A DNA stretch of 62,301 bases. Origin: an uncultured Gammaproteobacteria bacterium. GTDB taxonomy: Bacteria; Pseudomonadota; Gammaproteobacteria; Immundisolibacterales; Immundisolibacteraceae. The translations under genes were made by a program, and so were the position numbers. The stretch lies in contig CAJXVN010000001.1 of the NCBI GenBank assembly GCA_913060775.1, positions 1-62,301 of the forward strand, given 5' to 3'. Each line of letters starts with the position of its first letter. Within the stretch, counting starts at the first letter, position 1. Positions 1 to 8,277 of this stretch are shown piece after piece. The notes under the pieces were generated by a model. That model ran no database searches. It saw only the letters and a program-made list of their open reading frames with translations, and was not told the origin of the DNA.

Positions 1-48
1 CGAGATGTAGAGAGGTCTCGTGGGCTCGGAGATGTGTATAAGAGACAG
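1..48. other. Illumina Nextera library adapter, not genomic: P7 tail CGAGAT, 8-nt index GTAGAGAG, GTCTCGTGGGCTCGG, then the transposase mosaic end AGATGTGTATAAGAGACAG
   Basis: Exact string match to the Nextera read-2/i7 adapter. Its reverse complement closes the other end of the contig. Confidence 0.95.
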
Positions 49-95
49 CCCACATTGACCCCATTCAGAGCACCGTCCGGCGAACAACATCCCCG

Positions 96-578
96 ATGAA
101 CAGCAAAACCAAAAACAAAACGCCCGATAACCGCATTGCCGTCAACCGCCGGGCGCGTCACGACTATTTTATCGAAGAAACCTACGAGGCCGGCATGGTT
201 CTCCAGGGGTGGGAAGTAAAAAGCCTGCGCACCGGCCACGCCCAGCTACAGGAGAGTTACATCATCCTGCGCGACGGCGAAGCCTTTCTGTTTGGCTCCC
301 ACATTCCACCGCTCACCACCGCCTCCACCCACGTCACCACCGATCCCCTGCGCACCCGTAAACTGCTCCTCAACCGGCGCGAACTGAGCCAGCTGGTTGG
401 CCTGGTAGACCGCAAGGGCTACACCATCGTGCCGCTCGACCTGCACTGGAAACGCGGCCGCGCCAAGCTCACCATCGGCCTGGCCAAAGGCAAACAGGGT
501 CACGACAAACGCGCCGACCAGAAAAAGAAAGACTGGCAGCGGGAAAAAAGTCGCATTCTCAAAACCTCTCACCGCTAA
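96..578 (+). CDS. smpB: SsrA-binding protein SmpB
   Basis: 160-aa ORF with the classic SmpB N-terminus ([29 protein letters not shown]) and a basic C-terminal tail. It lies directly upstream of the tmRNA. Confidence 0.95.
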   Translation: MNSKTKNKTPDNRIAVNRRARHDYFIEETYEAGMVLQGWEVKSLRTGHAQLQESYIILRDGEAFLFGSHIPPLTTASTHVTTDPLRTRKLLLNRRELSQLVGLVDRKGYTIVPLDLHWKRGRAKLTIGLAKGKQGHDKRADQKKKDWQREKSRILKTSHR

Positions 579-694
579 TCGCCCACCGTTAACCGCGCAA
601 CCGCGATTCAATTGCGCTTATAATCCGCGAACTAACCGCCGACCATCGCGGTCAGAGATAGCGTGACATTAATTTCCACTTCCACCACTCAACA

Positions 695-1102
695 GGGGGC
701 GACACGGCATTCGACGTGGGTTACAAAACCTTAGGTGCATGCCGAGGTGCAGAGTACCTCGTAAATCCATCTGCAAAACTATAGTTGCCAACGACGACAA
801 CTACGCACTCGCCGCCTAAGAAACGGTAGATTGCCATCTGACTGGAGCCGTGCTTGTGCGTCCAGGTTTCAACAGCCCGAGGCCTTAAAACCAAGGGTTG
901 TGGCGAAACACTCAGGTGTCATCTCTCACAAGATCGCGATGAAGCTTGTTCGGGGTGGATTCGTTAAAAACTTACCGAAATCGCCGCAGTACGCGCCACG
1001 TTAGCCGGGCAGTACGCGGTTAAAAATAATAGGCCGACTAAGCATGTAGAGCCGAAGGCAGAGGACTTGCGGACGCGGGTTCGACTCCCGCCGCCTCCAC
1101 CA
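695..1102 (+). ncRNA. ssrA: tmRNA (ssrA), one-piece, tag peptide ANDDNYALAA
   Basis: The 5' GGGGGCG (695-701) pairs with 3' CGCCTCC (1092-1098) followed by ACCA, giving a 7-bp acceptor stem with G3:U. The T-arm is GGACGCGGGTTCGACTCCCGCC. The tag frame 787-819 reads gcc aac gac gac aac tac gca ctc gcc gcc taa. Confidence 0.9.
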
Positions 1103-1111
1103 ATAAAGAAA

Positions 1112-1141
1112 CCCTGCCACGTTAGTGGCGGGGTTTTTTAT
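1112..1141 (+). terminator. Rho-independent terminator after ssrA
   Basis: Stem ccctgccac / gtggcgggg with loop gtta, followed by a T-run (ttttttatt). Confidence 0.75.
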
Positions 1142-1523
1142 TGGGCGGATACATCGTGAGTGGAACACAACAGCGCCGGGTGGCGCACAGGATGTGCGTC
1201 TGTCGCGAAGGACAGGAAGTCCGAGAGCGACGCGGACTAACAAACGCCACCAAAAATTCTTCCAGTCCCATCCCCTCGCGGTGGCTTTTTTATTTTTTAT
1301 TGACCGAATATAGAAACTCGCTTAACGCGGCCAGACAGATTCGCATCAATGCACGCATACAACACAGCACAAAGAGAAAGTAAGACCGAAACATTAACAA
1401 TCTGGCCTCAGCTATGGCCGTGAGTTATCACAAGCCACTTTATTAAATACCAGGTGTTATATTTCGCCTGCCTTCCTTTGCAATATAAGCCACAAGGCCC
1501 TATACCAATCGACGAGTTTGACT

Positions 1524-1814
1524 ATGAACAAACACCAAGCTCTCCAGTTACTCGCCCGTAGCAAACCTGAGCTACAAACTCGATTCGGCGTGACCCGGCT
1601 GGCGCTATTCGGCTCCACCGCCCGAAACACAGCGACCAGCGATAGCGACGTCGATATTCTTGTCGCCTTCGATGGCCCCGCCACCTCCAAACGATATTTC
1701 GGTGTGCAGTTTTTCCTGGAAGACCTGTTTGGCTGCCCCGTCGACCTGGTTACAGAAAAAGCCCTAAGAAAAGAATTACGCCCTTATATTGAAGAAGAGC
1801 GGGTCAGTGTCTGA
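1524..1814 (+). CDS. Nucleotidyltransferase-family antitoxin (MntA-like, MNT domain)
   Basis: Contains GSxxR...DxD (LFGSTARNTATSDSDVDILVAF), typical of minimal nucleotidyltransferases. It overlaps the downstream HEPN gene. An alternative TTG start lies at 1518. Confidence 0.8.
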   Translation: MNKHQALQLLARSKPELQTRFGVTRLALFGSTARNTATSDSDVDILVAFDGPATSKRYFGVQFFLEDLFGCPVDLVTEKALRKELRPYIEEERVSV

Positions 1815-2160
1815 TTCTAGTAAACGCGAATGGCGGTTCTATCTCAAAGACATGACCGACTTTGCTAATAAAGTACTCGCCTACACAGCAGATATGAACC
1901 AGGCTAATTTCGTGGCCAGCGGACTCACCTACGATGCCACCCTGCGCAACCTGGAATTAATTGGCGAAGCCGCTACTCATATCCCTGACGGGTTTCGAAA
2001 AGACCACCCTGAGATTCCGTGGCGAATGATCATCGCCACCCGTAATCAACTGATTCATAGTTATCTGGGCATCGACAACGACACGCTCTGGAGCATTATT
2101 CAGGATGACATACCCGATTTACTCTCCTTACTAAAATCCGTGCAAGACGAGGCCCCCTGA
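1789..2160 (+). CDS. HEPN/DUF86-family toxin (HepT-like)
   Basis: Carries the RNxLxH motif (ATRNQLIHSY), the HEPN RX4-6H signature. It is paired with the MNT gene. The start is uncertain: TTG 1789, or GTG 1807 overlapping the upstream stop. Confidence 0.8.
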   Translation: MKKSGSVSDSSKREWRFYLKDMTDFANKVLAYTADMNQANFVASGLTYDATLRNLELIGEAATHIPDGFRKDHPEIPWRMIIATRNQLIHSYLGIDNDTLWSIIQDDIPDLLSLLKSVQDEAP

Positions 2161-2183
2161 TAAACCTCAACCACGCCAAAGCC

Positions 2184-2351
2184 CTCAGGCCCAGTCTCTC
2201 ACAAGATCGCGATGAAGCTTATTCGGGGTGGATTCGTTAAAAACTTACCGAAATCGCCGCAGTACGCGGTTAAAAATAATAGGCCGACTAAGCATGTAGA
2301 GCCGAAGGCAGAGGACTTGCGGACGCGGGTTCGACTCCCGCCGCCCCACCA
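2184..2351 (+). repeat. Duplicate of the 3' ~170 nt of ssrA (attR-like remnant, non-functional)
   Basis: Aligns with 911-1102 with only a few differences: it lacks the 23-nt stretch 996-1018, has one substitution, and lacks the T of the acceptor strand (ccgcc-ccacca versus ccgcctccacca). There is no 5' tmRNA half upstream. Confidence 0.9.
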
Positions 2352-2360
2352 ATTAAAAAA

Positions 2361-2384
2361 GCCACCCTCGCGGTGGCTTTTTTA
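2361..2384 (+). terminator. Rho-independent terminator after the ssrA remnant
   Basis: Stem gccacc / ggtggc with loop ctcgc, followed by tttttt. Confidence 0.7.
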
Positions 2385-2505
2385 ATTTTTACTGGCCGGG
2401 AACAAAAACCCGTATAACGCGGTCAGACAGATTCGCATGGATGCACAAACTGCTGCACAGGCCAAGGATGGCCGATTTTTATTAAGTCGCTTCCATCAAT
2501 AAAAA

Positions 2506-2536
2506 GCCCCGCCAGCTGAATGACGGGGCTTTTTAT
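2506..2536 (+). terminator. Hairpin plus T-run, a paralogue of the 1112-1141 terminator
   Basis: Sequence gccccgcca-gctgaa-tgacggggc followed by ttttta. The flanking sequence is homologous to 1131-1192. Confidence 0.55.
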
Positions 2537-2698
2537 TGGGCGAATGCATCGTGAATCGAACACACCAACGTCCGGTGGCATACACGGCCTGGGCCTGGGC
2601 TCGAGATCAACACCATCATCGAATCGCGAGCAGCCTCAACAGTTTACTAGCGCGCGGCAACCAACAGCTTAGCCATTTTCCTTCGCTTCATGGACGAG

Positions 2699-2974
2699 TC
2701 AATACACATGATCATGACTGCCAATGTCCACCAGAATAATATCGCTATCGTGAATCACAAACTCCAAAACGATGCGATAACTCTTATTGATTGACACCGA
2801 CGACAAACCGCTGAGCTGGCCCCGCAAACTATGCAGACGTAACGAAGAGTGGTACGGATTGAGCTCTAACAGCTCCAGCGTTTTTTCATATTGCCTGATT
2901 ATCTGCGGCTGCTTTTTCAAAAACTTCCTGGCGCGACGCACATAACTATCGGTGTAAATCAGCCGATAAGGCAT
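2699..2974 (-). CDS. Type II toxin, RelE/ParE superfamily
   Basis: 91-aa basic protein located 3 nt downstream of a small antitoxin ORF. It has a RelE/StbE-like layout (KFLKK..., ...SINKSYRIVLEF...ILVDIGSHD). Confidence 0.75.
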   Translation of the reverse strand: MPYRLIYTDSYVRRARKFLKKQPQIIRQYEKTLELLELNPYHSSLRLHSLRGQLSGLSSVSINKSYRIVLEFVIHDSDIILVDIGSHDHVY

Positions 2975-2977
2975 CGT

Positions 2978-3235
2978 TCAGTCATTACCTTTCACACGTT
3001 GCATGTGTTCGGCCACCGTCTCGGTGGTGTAACGACCAGCCGCGTAATCCGCTTTAGCCTCGGCCACGGCCGTGGCCAGCTCCAGCTCTCGCAGATGATT
3101 ATATTTTTCAATATCCATCACCACAAAGCGGTGCCGCCCACGCACTGAGATCACCAGTTCGTCATCGTGCTTCAGCGCTTCTTCAACCGCTGAAACGCCA
3201 CGGGTCTTAAGTTCGTTGGCAGTGAGTGTGTTCAT
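2978..3235 (-). CDS. Type II antitoxin (Phd/YefM-like)
   Basis: 85-aa acidic protein immediately upstream of the toxin and co-oriented with it. The N-terminus (TANELKTRGVSAVEEAL...VISVRGRHRFVVMDIEKY) is Phd/YefM-like. Confidence 0.7.
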   Translation of the reverse strand: MNTLTANELKTRGVSAVEEALKHDDELVISVRGRHRFVVMDIEKYNHLRELELATAVAEAKADYAAGRYTTETVAEHMQRVKGND

Positions 3236-3402
3236 GCTGGCTTACCCTACTATTAAAAAGTCTCTAAATAGTACTCTTGACCGCACGGTTAAGGAAGTGA
3301 CTGCACCAACTTAATCCTGATGTAGAAAATCTCAAACCCTTACTAAAACGTAGCAATCAGCCAATCCAGGTCCAAGAAAACGAAACCCATCCAGCCCAGC
3401 CC

Positions 3403-4344
3403 TCAACTTGCTTCGTAACTCTTGGTTATTAATGCCTTAACCTGGTCCAGCTCAGTAGCCGACCGCACGTTCAGTTCAAAATCACCGGTACCCCAGTGGC
3501 CAATTTTGCGAACATCACGACTAAAGCCATCATCCTTCGCCTGTTCAGCGGGCAGCTTTAAATAAACCAGCAACCGGGGATCTTTCTGAACCGGCAAAAC
3601 CACGATTGAAACGAAGTTTTTAATACGCTTAAACGCCGTATAGAGTTTTAACTCCTTGCGCTGCACCTCGTCTCCCAATTGCTCCGTAAAATCACATAAC
3701 TCATCAAACAGCGCCCTTAACTCAGCCGAAGCATCCACCAACCGCTCAGCCTGAGATTTATCAGAGTTACTTTTATTTCCGCCATTCCTTGACGGCTTTT
3801 TAGTCACCGCCCCGCCAAAACTGCCAACCGGCACAGCCGCACTCTGCGCATTGACCAGTTCCAGCAACAGCAGTTGATCGCCAAAATAGCGGTAACGCAT
3901 CAACTCAATATTTCGATTAATCTGCTGCACCGCGTGCTCATCGTATTTATTGAAATCAGCGGCAATACAAATTAATCGCGTACCCGCCCACTCAATTGCT
4001 TCCGCGGCGGCTTCGTCGAGTTGCTTCATCACCAATAGCTGGAACTCGGCCTGGTGGTCCAACAACCAGTCGAGGTAGAACAGCCCCTGATTAATCACAT
4101 TTTCGTTACTGGAACGTTTGTACTCGATAATTACCGGGCAGCCATTCTCATCCAGCCCCAACGAATCGATTCGCCCCTTATGGGTTTTACCCGTGCTGTA
4201 CTCACTCGCCAGTATCCGCACCCCGAGAAAACCCAGCATGTCATTTTCGATCTGCGCCTGTAGATCGCGTTCCAGCGTTGCAACACTGCCGGTTAGCTCC
4301 GTAACTCCAGCGGCCGTCAGCGAAAACAATTTAATGTCACTCAT
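3403..4344 (-). CDS. PD-(D/E)xK nuclease-like N-domain plus DUF5655-like C-domain protein
   Basis: A D...E-x-K signature (RIDSLGLDENGCPVIIEYKR) in the N-terminal half. After a Gly/Ser/Lys linker, the C-terminal half resembles DUF5655 as I remember it. It lies directly downstream of hsdR. Confidence 0.55.
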   Translation of the reverse strand: MSDIKLFSLTAAGVTELTGSVATLERDLQAQIENDMLGFLGVRILASEYSTGKTHKGRIDSLGLDENGCPVIIEYKRSSNENVINQGLFYLDWLLDHQAEFQLLVMKQLDEAAAEAIEWAGTRLICIAADFNKYDEHAVQQINRNIELMRYRYFGDQLLLLELVNAQSAAVPVGSFGGAVTKKPSRNGGNKSNSDKSQAERLVDASAELRALFDELCDFTEQLGDEVQRKELKLYTAFKRIKNFVSIVVLPVQKDPRLLVYLKLPAEQAKDDGFSRDVRKIGHWGTGDFELNVRSATELDQVKALITKSYEAS

Positions 4345-4450
4345 GCAAGCCCTGCCCTGTCATTTAAAGAATCCAGTAAACCCATCCTTATGAACCGGGT
4401 CCGGCATCGGCAGGCTAAGCGACCAACCATCACACCAAGCCTTCTTCCTA

Positions 4451-7400
4451 TCAGATCGATCCCGTAATCAAACCAGACTGAACTCCCTCTAGCGCCTCAA
4501 AAATGCCCTCAATCACATTCTCTTTACCGCCGAACAGCGAATCCGGGCCTCCGGCGTGCAGGTTACTAAATGGCGCTTCATACAGCGCGGACGCCGTCAT
4601 CACACCCCGCGCAGTGAGTTGATCAATAATCATTTCAACAAAGCGGATCTGCTGCGCGGTAAGCGCCTCATCCGTAAGAAATTCAGCAAAGGCCGCCTGG
4701 GCGGCGGCACGATCCATCCCGACCATTCCCCGCACAAAATGGGCCAGCGACGGTGACTCGCTGCGCGCTATCAATCCGGCAAGCAGCTTTTCCCCATCAT
4801 TCTCACCAATCTCCACCAGCGTCGCTTCCAGCCCCTGCAGATCAGTCGTGGTCAGTGGCTGATTATTTCGCAGCCGGTGAATCACCAGATGATCCAGATG
4901 GCTGTTGAGGTAACTTTTCACTTTCTTTTCATACTGCACGCCAGTCATCTGCGGCATATAGTCGCCTTCTTCCTCGCGTGTGCCCCTGAATTCATCCTCA
5001 AAATCGGTGTAAACGATGTGACGTTTCCGTTTATCCAGAAAGATCACCAGCTCCCGCAACCGCAACCGCAGCTCTTCAAGCCCTGCAAGATCAAGCCCCT
5101 CCCAAAACCCGCTGTCCTGCAACGCCACCAAATACTCGAGCTGCGCCTTCACCACCGGGATTGAACTCTTCTCCTCCAGCAACATGGCAATTTCGATCAC
5201 CCGCCTGCGATGCTTTTCAAACAGCCTCACGTCATCTTCAACCAGCGCCAACTGCATCCGTAGCGCGGTCAGATCAAACAGCCGCGACTCAATATCATCC
5301 GCCTCTGACTCGCTCGGCAGCCCGGCAACCTCCCGTTGCAGCGTGAGCCGATCATTATCACTAAGCGAGTCCCACGCCGATCGCCGCTGAAAATGCTCCA
5401 CGGCCTGCAGGTGCAGACGAACAATAAAATTTTCCCGGTTCATCGCCGCCACTTCGTCATGCAGTCCGGTAATCAATGACTCAGCCAGCCCCTCATCCGG
5501 GTCCAGGGCGGGCGTCACCTGCAAATGCCCCAGCAGCTCAGTCCGTGCACGAAACAACCGCGCACCCAGCGCCACACCATCACCGCCTTCAATACCCTTC
5601 GGATTCTCACGGAAAAAATCGAAATTACAGCAGAAGTCGAAGATGCGAAAATCCAGCTTATCCTCGCCCGGCCCATATAAATCCGGGCAGAGCCGCGTAC
5701 CGCGGCCGATCATCTGCCAGAATTTAATCTTCGAATAGACCGGTTTAAAAAACACCAGATTAGCCACCTCCGGCACGTCGATGCCCGTGTCCAGCATGTC
5801 TATCGAGATAGCGATGTGCGGCGCCTTATCCTTTTGCGAAAAGTCATCAAGAATACTCTGAGCATAGGTCGCCTTGTGGGAGATGATCCTCGCAAAATGA
5901 CCCGCATGCTGTGGGTAGTGGTGGTTAAAGCGCTGCTCAATAAACTCAGCATGATCCTGATTACGAGCAAACAATATCGTCTTCGCTAGCCGGTCGCCGC
6001 CCTCCACCCGATGACCATGCTCCATCAGGTATTGCAGCACCCGGTCCACCGTGTCCTCATTAAAAAGCCAGCCGTTAACAGCCGCCGCATTTACCTTGTC
6101 GGGCAGGCCGTTTTCACCGGCATCATCACCCCAGTCCAGGCTCTCCCATTGCGCCTTCTCCTCATCGCTAAGGCTGTCGTAGTCAATCCCCTCGCGGGGG
6201 AATTTAAGATCAACCTGCTCGGCCCGCGGCGGCACCAGAAAACCATCCGCCACGGCAGTTTCCAGCTCATAGGCATCCGTCGGCACACCCGGTTCCAGAT
6301 CAAACAGATCATAGGTGTTTTTATCCACCTGCTCCCGTGGGGTAGCAGTCAGTCCCACCAGCAACGAATCGAAATACCGAAAAATCGCGCCATAGCGTTG
6401 ATAAACCGAGCGGTGCGCCTCATCAATCACAATCAGATCAAAATGCCCCACCCCAAAGCGCGCTTCATCACCACTGGGACTCGCCTGGGTCTGATCAATC
6501 AACCCCATCATGGTTGGATAGGTAGACACATAAACCCGGCCCGACTGATCTTTCTCGGTCACCAAATTCACCGGGCTTGATTCCGGCAAATGGGTTTTAA
6601 ACGCCCCCACCGCCTGATTCACCAGCGACACCCGATCCGCCAGAAACAGCGCCCGCTTTACCCAGCCCGCCCGCTGCAACCGGTCCACCAACGCAATCGC
6701 CGTGCGGGTTTTACCGGTGCCGGTGGCCATCACCAGCAGCGCCTTACGTCGTGACTGGGCAAACTGCTCGCCAATACTGCCAATTGCCCGTTTCTGGTAG
6801 TAGCGCCCGGCAATCTCGGCCTTAACCGGGACCCCATCCAGCACACTGCGCTGCGTTCGCCGCAGCATCAAGGTCGTCAGTTCTTCTTTTTTGTAAAAAC
6901 CAGCCACCCGACGCGGCGGATAGACCAGATCATCCCAGATTCGGGTTTCATAACCGTTGGTGTAGAAAATAATCGGTCGCTGACCATTCATCTGCTCCAG
7001 GCAATCCGCGTAGAGCTTGGCCTGCTGCTGACCCACCGCCGGGTCAACCGTGGTCTTCTTCGCCTCTACCACCGCCAGTGGCTTACCGTCATCGCCCCAG
7101 AGCACATAATCCACATAACCGATGCCCTTGTTATTGGGCATGCCGGTCACTTCGTACTCACGATCACGGGCCTGATCCAGCGGCCAGCCCGCCCGCCGTA
7201 GATCAATATCAATCAGATAATGCCGGGTTTGCGCTTCCGAATAATCGTGGCTGTCCGGCTGCTGCTCAGCAGATGCGCGCACCGCTGCCAACTCATCCCG
7301 CAGTGCCTGCAACTGCGCGTCAACCTGGTCCCGCTCCTGCTGCTGTTTCAGCGCCTCCTTATTCTGCTCGGCAAGTTGCTGCTCCAGCGCCGCCAACGCC

Positions 7401-7855
7401 TGCCGGGGCACCAGCTCGGCGCTGGCCTCCGGCCTTTTTAAGCGGTCATCCCGCCACCCGGCCCCATCGCGAGATGCCCGGGGGGTATAAGTGCGGGTCA
7501 GCCAGTAGCAAATATGGTGCAGTTCCTTAACCACCTGCAATGCGTCATGTTCACTCACCGGCCGCTGATCATGCACCGCCTGGTTACCCACCTTCTGAAT
7601 CAACCGCGCCTTCTGGAACAGCGCCTCCGGCAACAGGTTTTGCAAACTCGGTTCGTGCAGCAGCGCACCCAGGCCACGGTCATAAGGCATGCGCAAACTA
7701 CTGTCGTGGCGATAAAGCCAGTGCAGAATCGCCTCCAGCGTAAAGCGGCTATGAAAACAGGCCGCCCGCGGATCGGCCAGTAGGTGGCCCTCTGCCTTCG
7801 TCGCAGCTTCTGCAACGGTGCCAAACTCGGTGGGCAGAAAAGCAAAATTGCTCAT
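4451..7855 (-). CDS. hsdR: Type I restriction enzyme R subunit
   Basis: 1134 aa. Walker A is MATGTGKTRTA and the DEAH box is VIDEAHRS. The N-terminal region is DUF4145-like and the C-terminal region is EcoEI_R_C-like. hsdS and hsdM are adjacent. Confidence 0.9.
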   Translation of the reverse strand: MSNFAFLPTEFGTVAEAATKAEGHLLADPRAACFHSRFTLEAILHWLYRHDSSLRMPYDRGLGALLHEPSLQNLLPEALFQKARLIQKVGNQAVHDQRPVSEHDALQVVKELHHICYWLTRTYTPRASRDGAGWRDDRLKRPEASAELVPRQALAALEQQLAEQNKEALKQQQERDQVDAQLQALRDELAAVRASAEQQPDSHDYSEAQTRHYLIDIDLRRAGWPLDQARDREYEVTGMPNNKGIGYVDYVLWGDDGKPLAVVEAKKTTVDPAVGQQQAKLYADCLEQMNGQRPIIFYTNGYETRIWDDLVYPPRRVAGFYKKEELTTLMLRRTQRSVLDGVPVKAEIAGRYYQKRAIGSIGEQFAQSRRKALLVMATGTGKTRTAIALVDRLQRAGWVKRALFLADRVSLVNQAVGAFKTHLPESSPVNLVTEKDQSGRVYVSTYPTMMGLIDQTQASPSGDEARFGVGHFDLIVIDEAHRSVYQRYGAIFRYFDSLLVGLTATPREQVDKNTYDLFDLEPGVPTDAYELETAVADGFLVPPRAEQVDLKFPREGIDYDSLSDEEKAQWESLDWGDDAGENGLPDKVNAAAVNGWLFNEDTVDRVLQYLMEHGHRVEGGDRLAKTILFARNQDHAEFIEQRFNHHYPQHAGHFARIISHKATYAQSILDDFSQKDKAPHIAISIDMLDTGIDVPEVANLVFFKPVYSKIKFWQMIGRGTRLCPDLYGPGEDKLDFRIFDFCCNFDFFRENPKGIEGGDGVALGARLFRARTELLGHLQVTPALDPDEGLAESLITGLHDEVAAMNRENFIVRLHLQAVEHFQRRSAWDSLSDNDRLTLQREVAGLPSESEADDIESRLFDLTALRMQLALVEDDVRLFEKHRRRVIEIAMLLEEKSSIPVVKAQLEYLVALQDSGFWEGLDLAGLEELRLRLRELVIFLDKRKRHIVYTDFEDEFRGTREEEGDYMPQMTGVQYEKKVKSYLNSHLDHLVIHRLRNNQPLTTTDLQGLEATLVEIGENDGEKLLAGLIARSESPSLAHFVRGMVGMDRAAAQAAFAEFLTDEALTAQQIRFVEMIIDQLTARGVMTASALYEAPFSNLHAGGPDSLFGGKENVIEGIFEALEGVQSGLITGSI

Positions 7856-8020
7856 ACCAATAAACTCAGAAGTGGAAGGGCCGCATCATGCGCCCGTAAT
7901 CGAGTCGGGGGGAATTTCCCATCCTGGTAGAAAACCGCCTTTGAAGGCTCCAGATTTGTTTCGAACCTTATAAACACCCAGTAACCCGTCAGGCGTTTAT
8001 AACGAAGCTGAATAGTAAGA

Positions 8021-8210
8021 ACAAACGTTTTTGAGGTTAATCAATGACTATCAAACACATTTGACATTAACCAACGCGGAATTATTAACAACAAACCTCT
8101 TTGTGGTTAATCAAAGAAGATTAAACCGAGTTGACGTTAACTAAAATTGAATGAGCAACCACAAAGGTGATTGAGGTTTACCGATGAGCATCAAACCTAC
8201 TGGTCACAGA
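8021..8210. repeat. Imperfect 70-bp tandem repeat, about 2.7 units, AT-rich
   Basis: Units 8021-8090, 8091-8160 and 8161-8210 share acaaa..ttg(a/t)ggtta(atcaa)..tcaaac..ttgac(a/g)ttaac cores. About 70% of aligned positions match by eye. Confidence 0.7.
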
Positions 8211-8277
8211 CCAATACCGTTCAATCAAGGACAACACCGGCCCGCTTAGTGCTATGCGTCGCCAACACGGCTCCGGC

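Noticed and set aside
1001-1383. ORFs 1001..1243(-), 1125..1313(+) and 1141..1383(+) around the tmRNA 3' end.
   Set aside because: They overlap the tmRNA and its terminators or repeat modules, and they have no RBS or family resemblance. The region is better explained as RNA gene plus att-like repeats.
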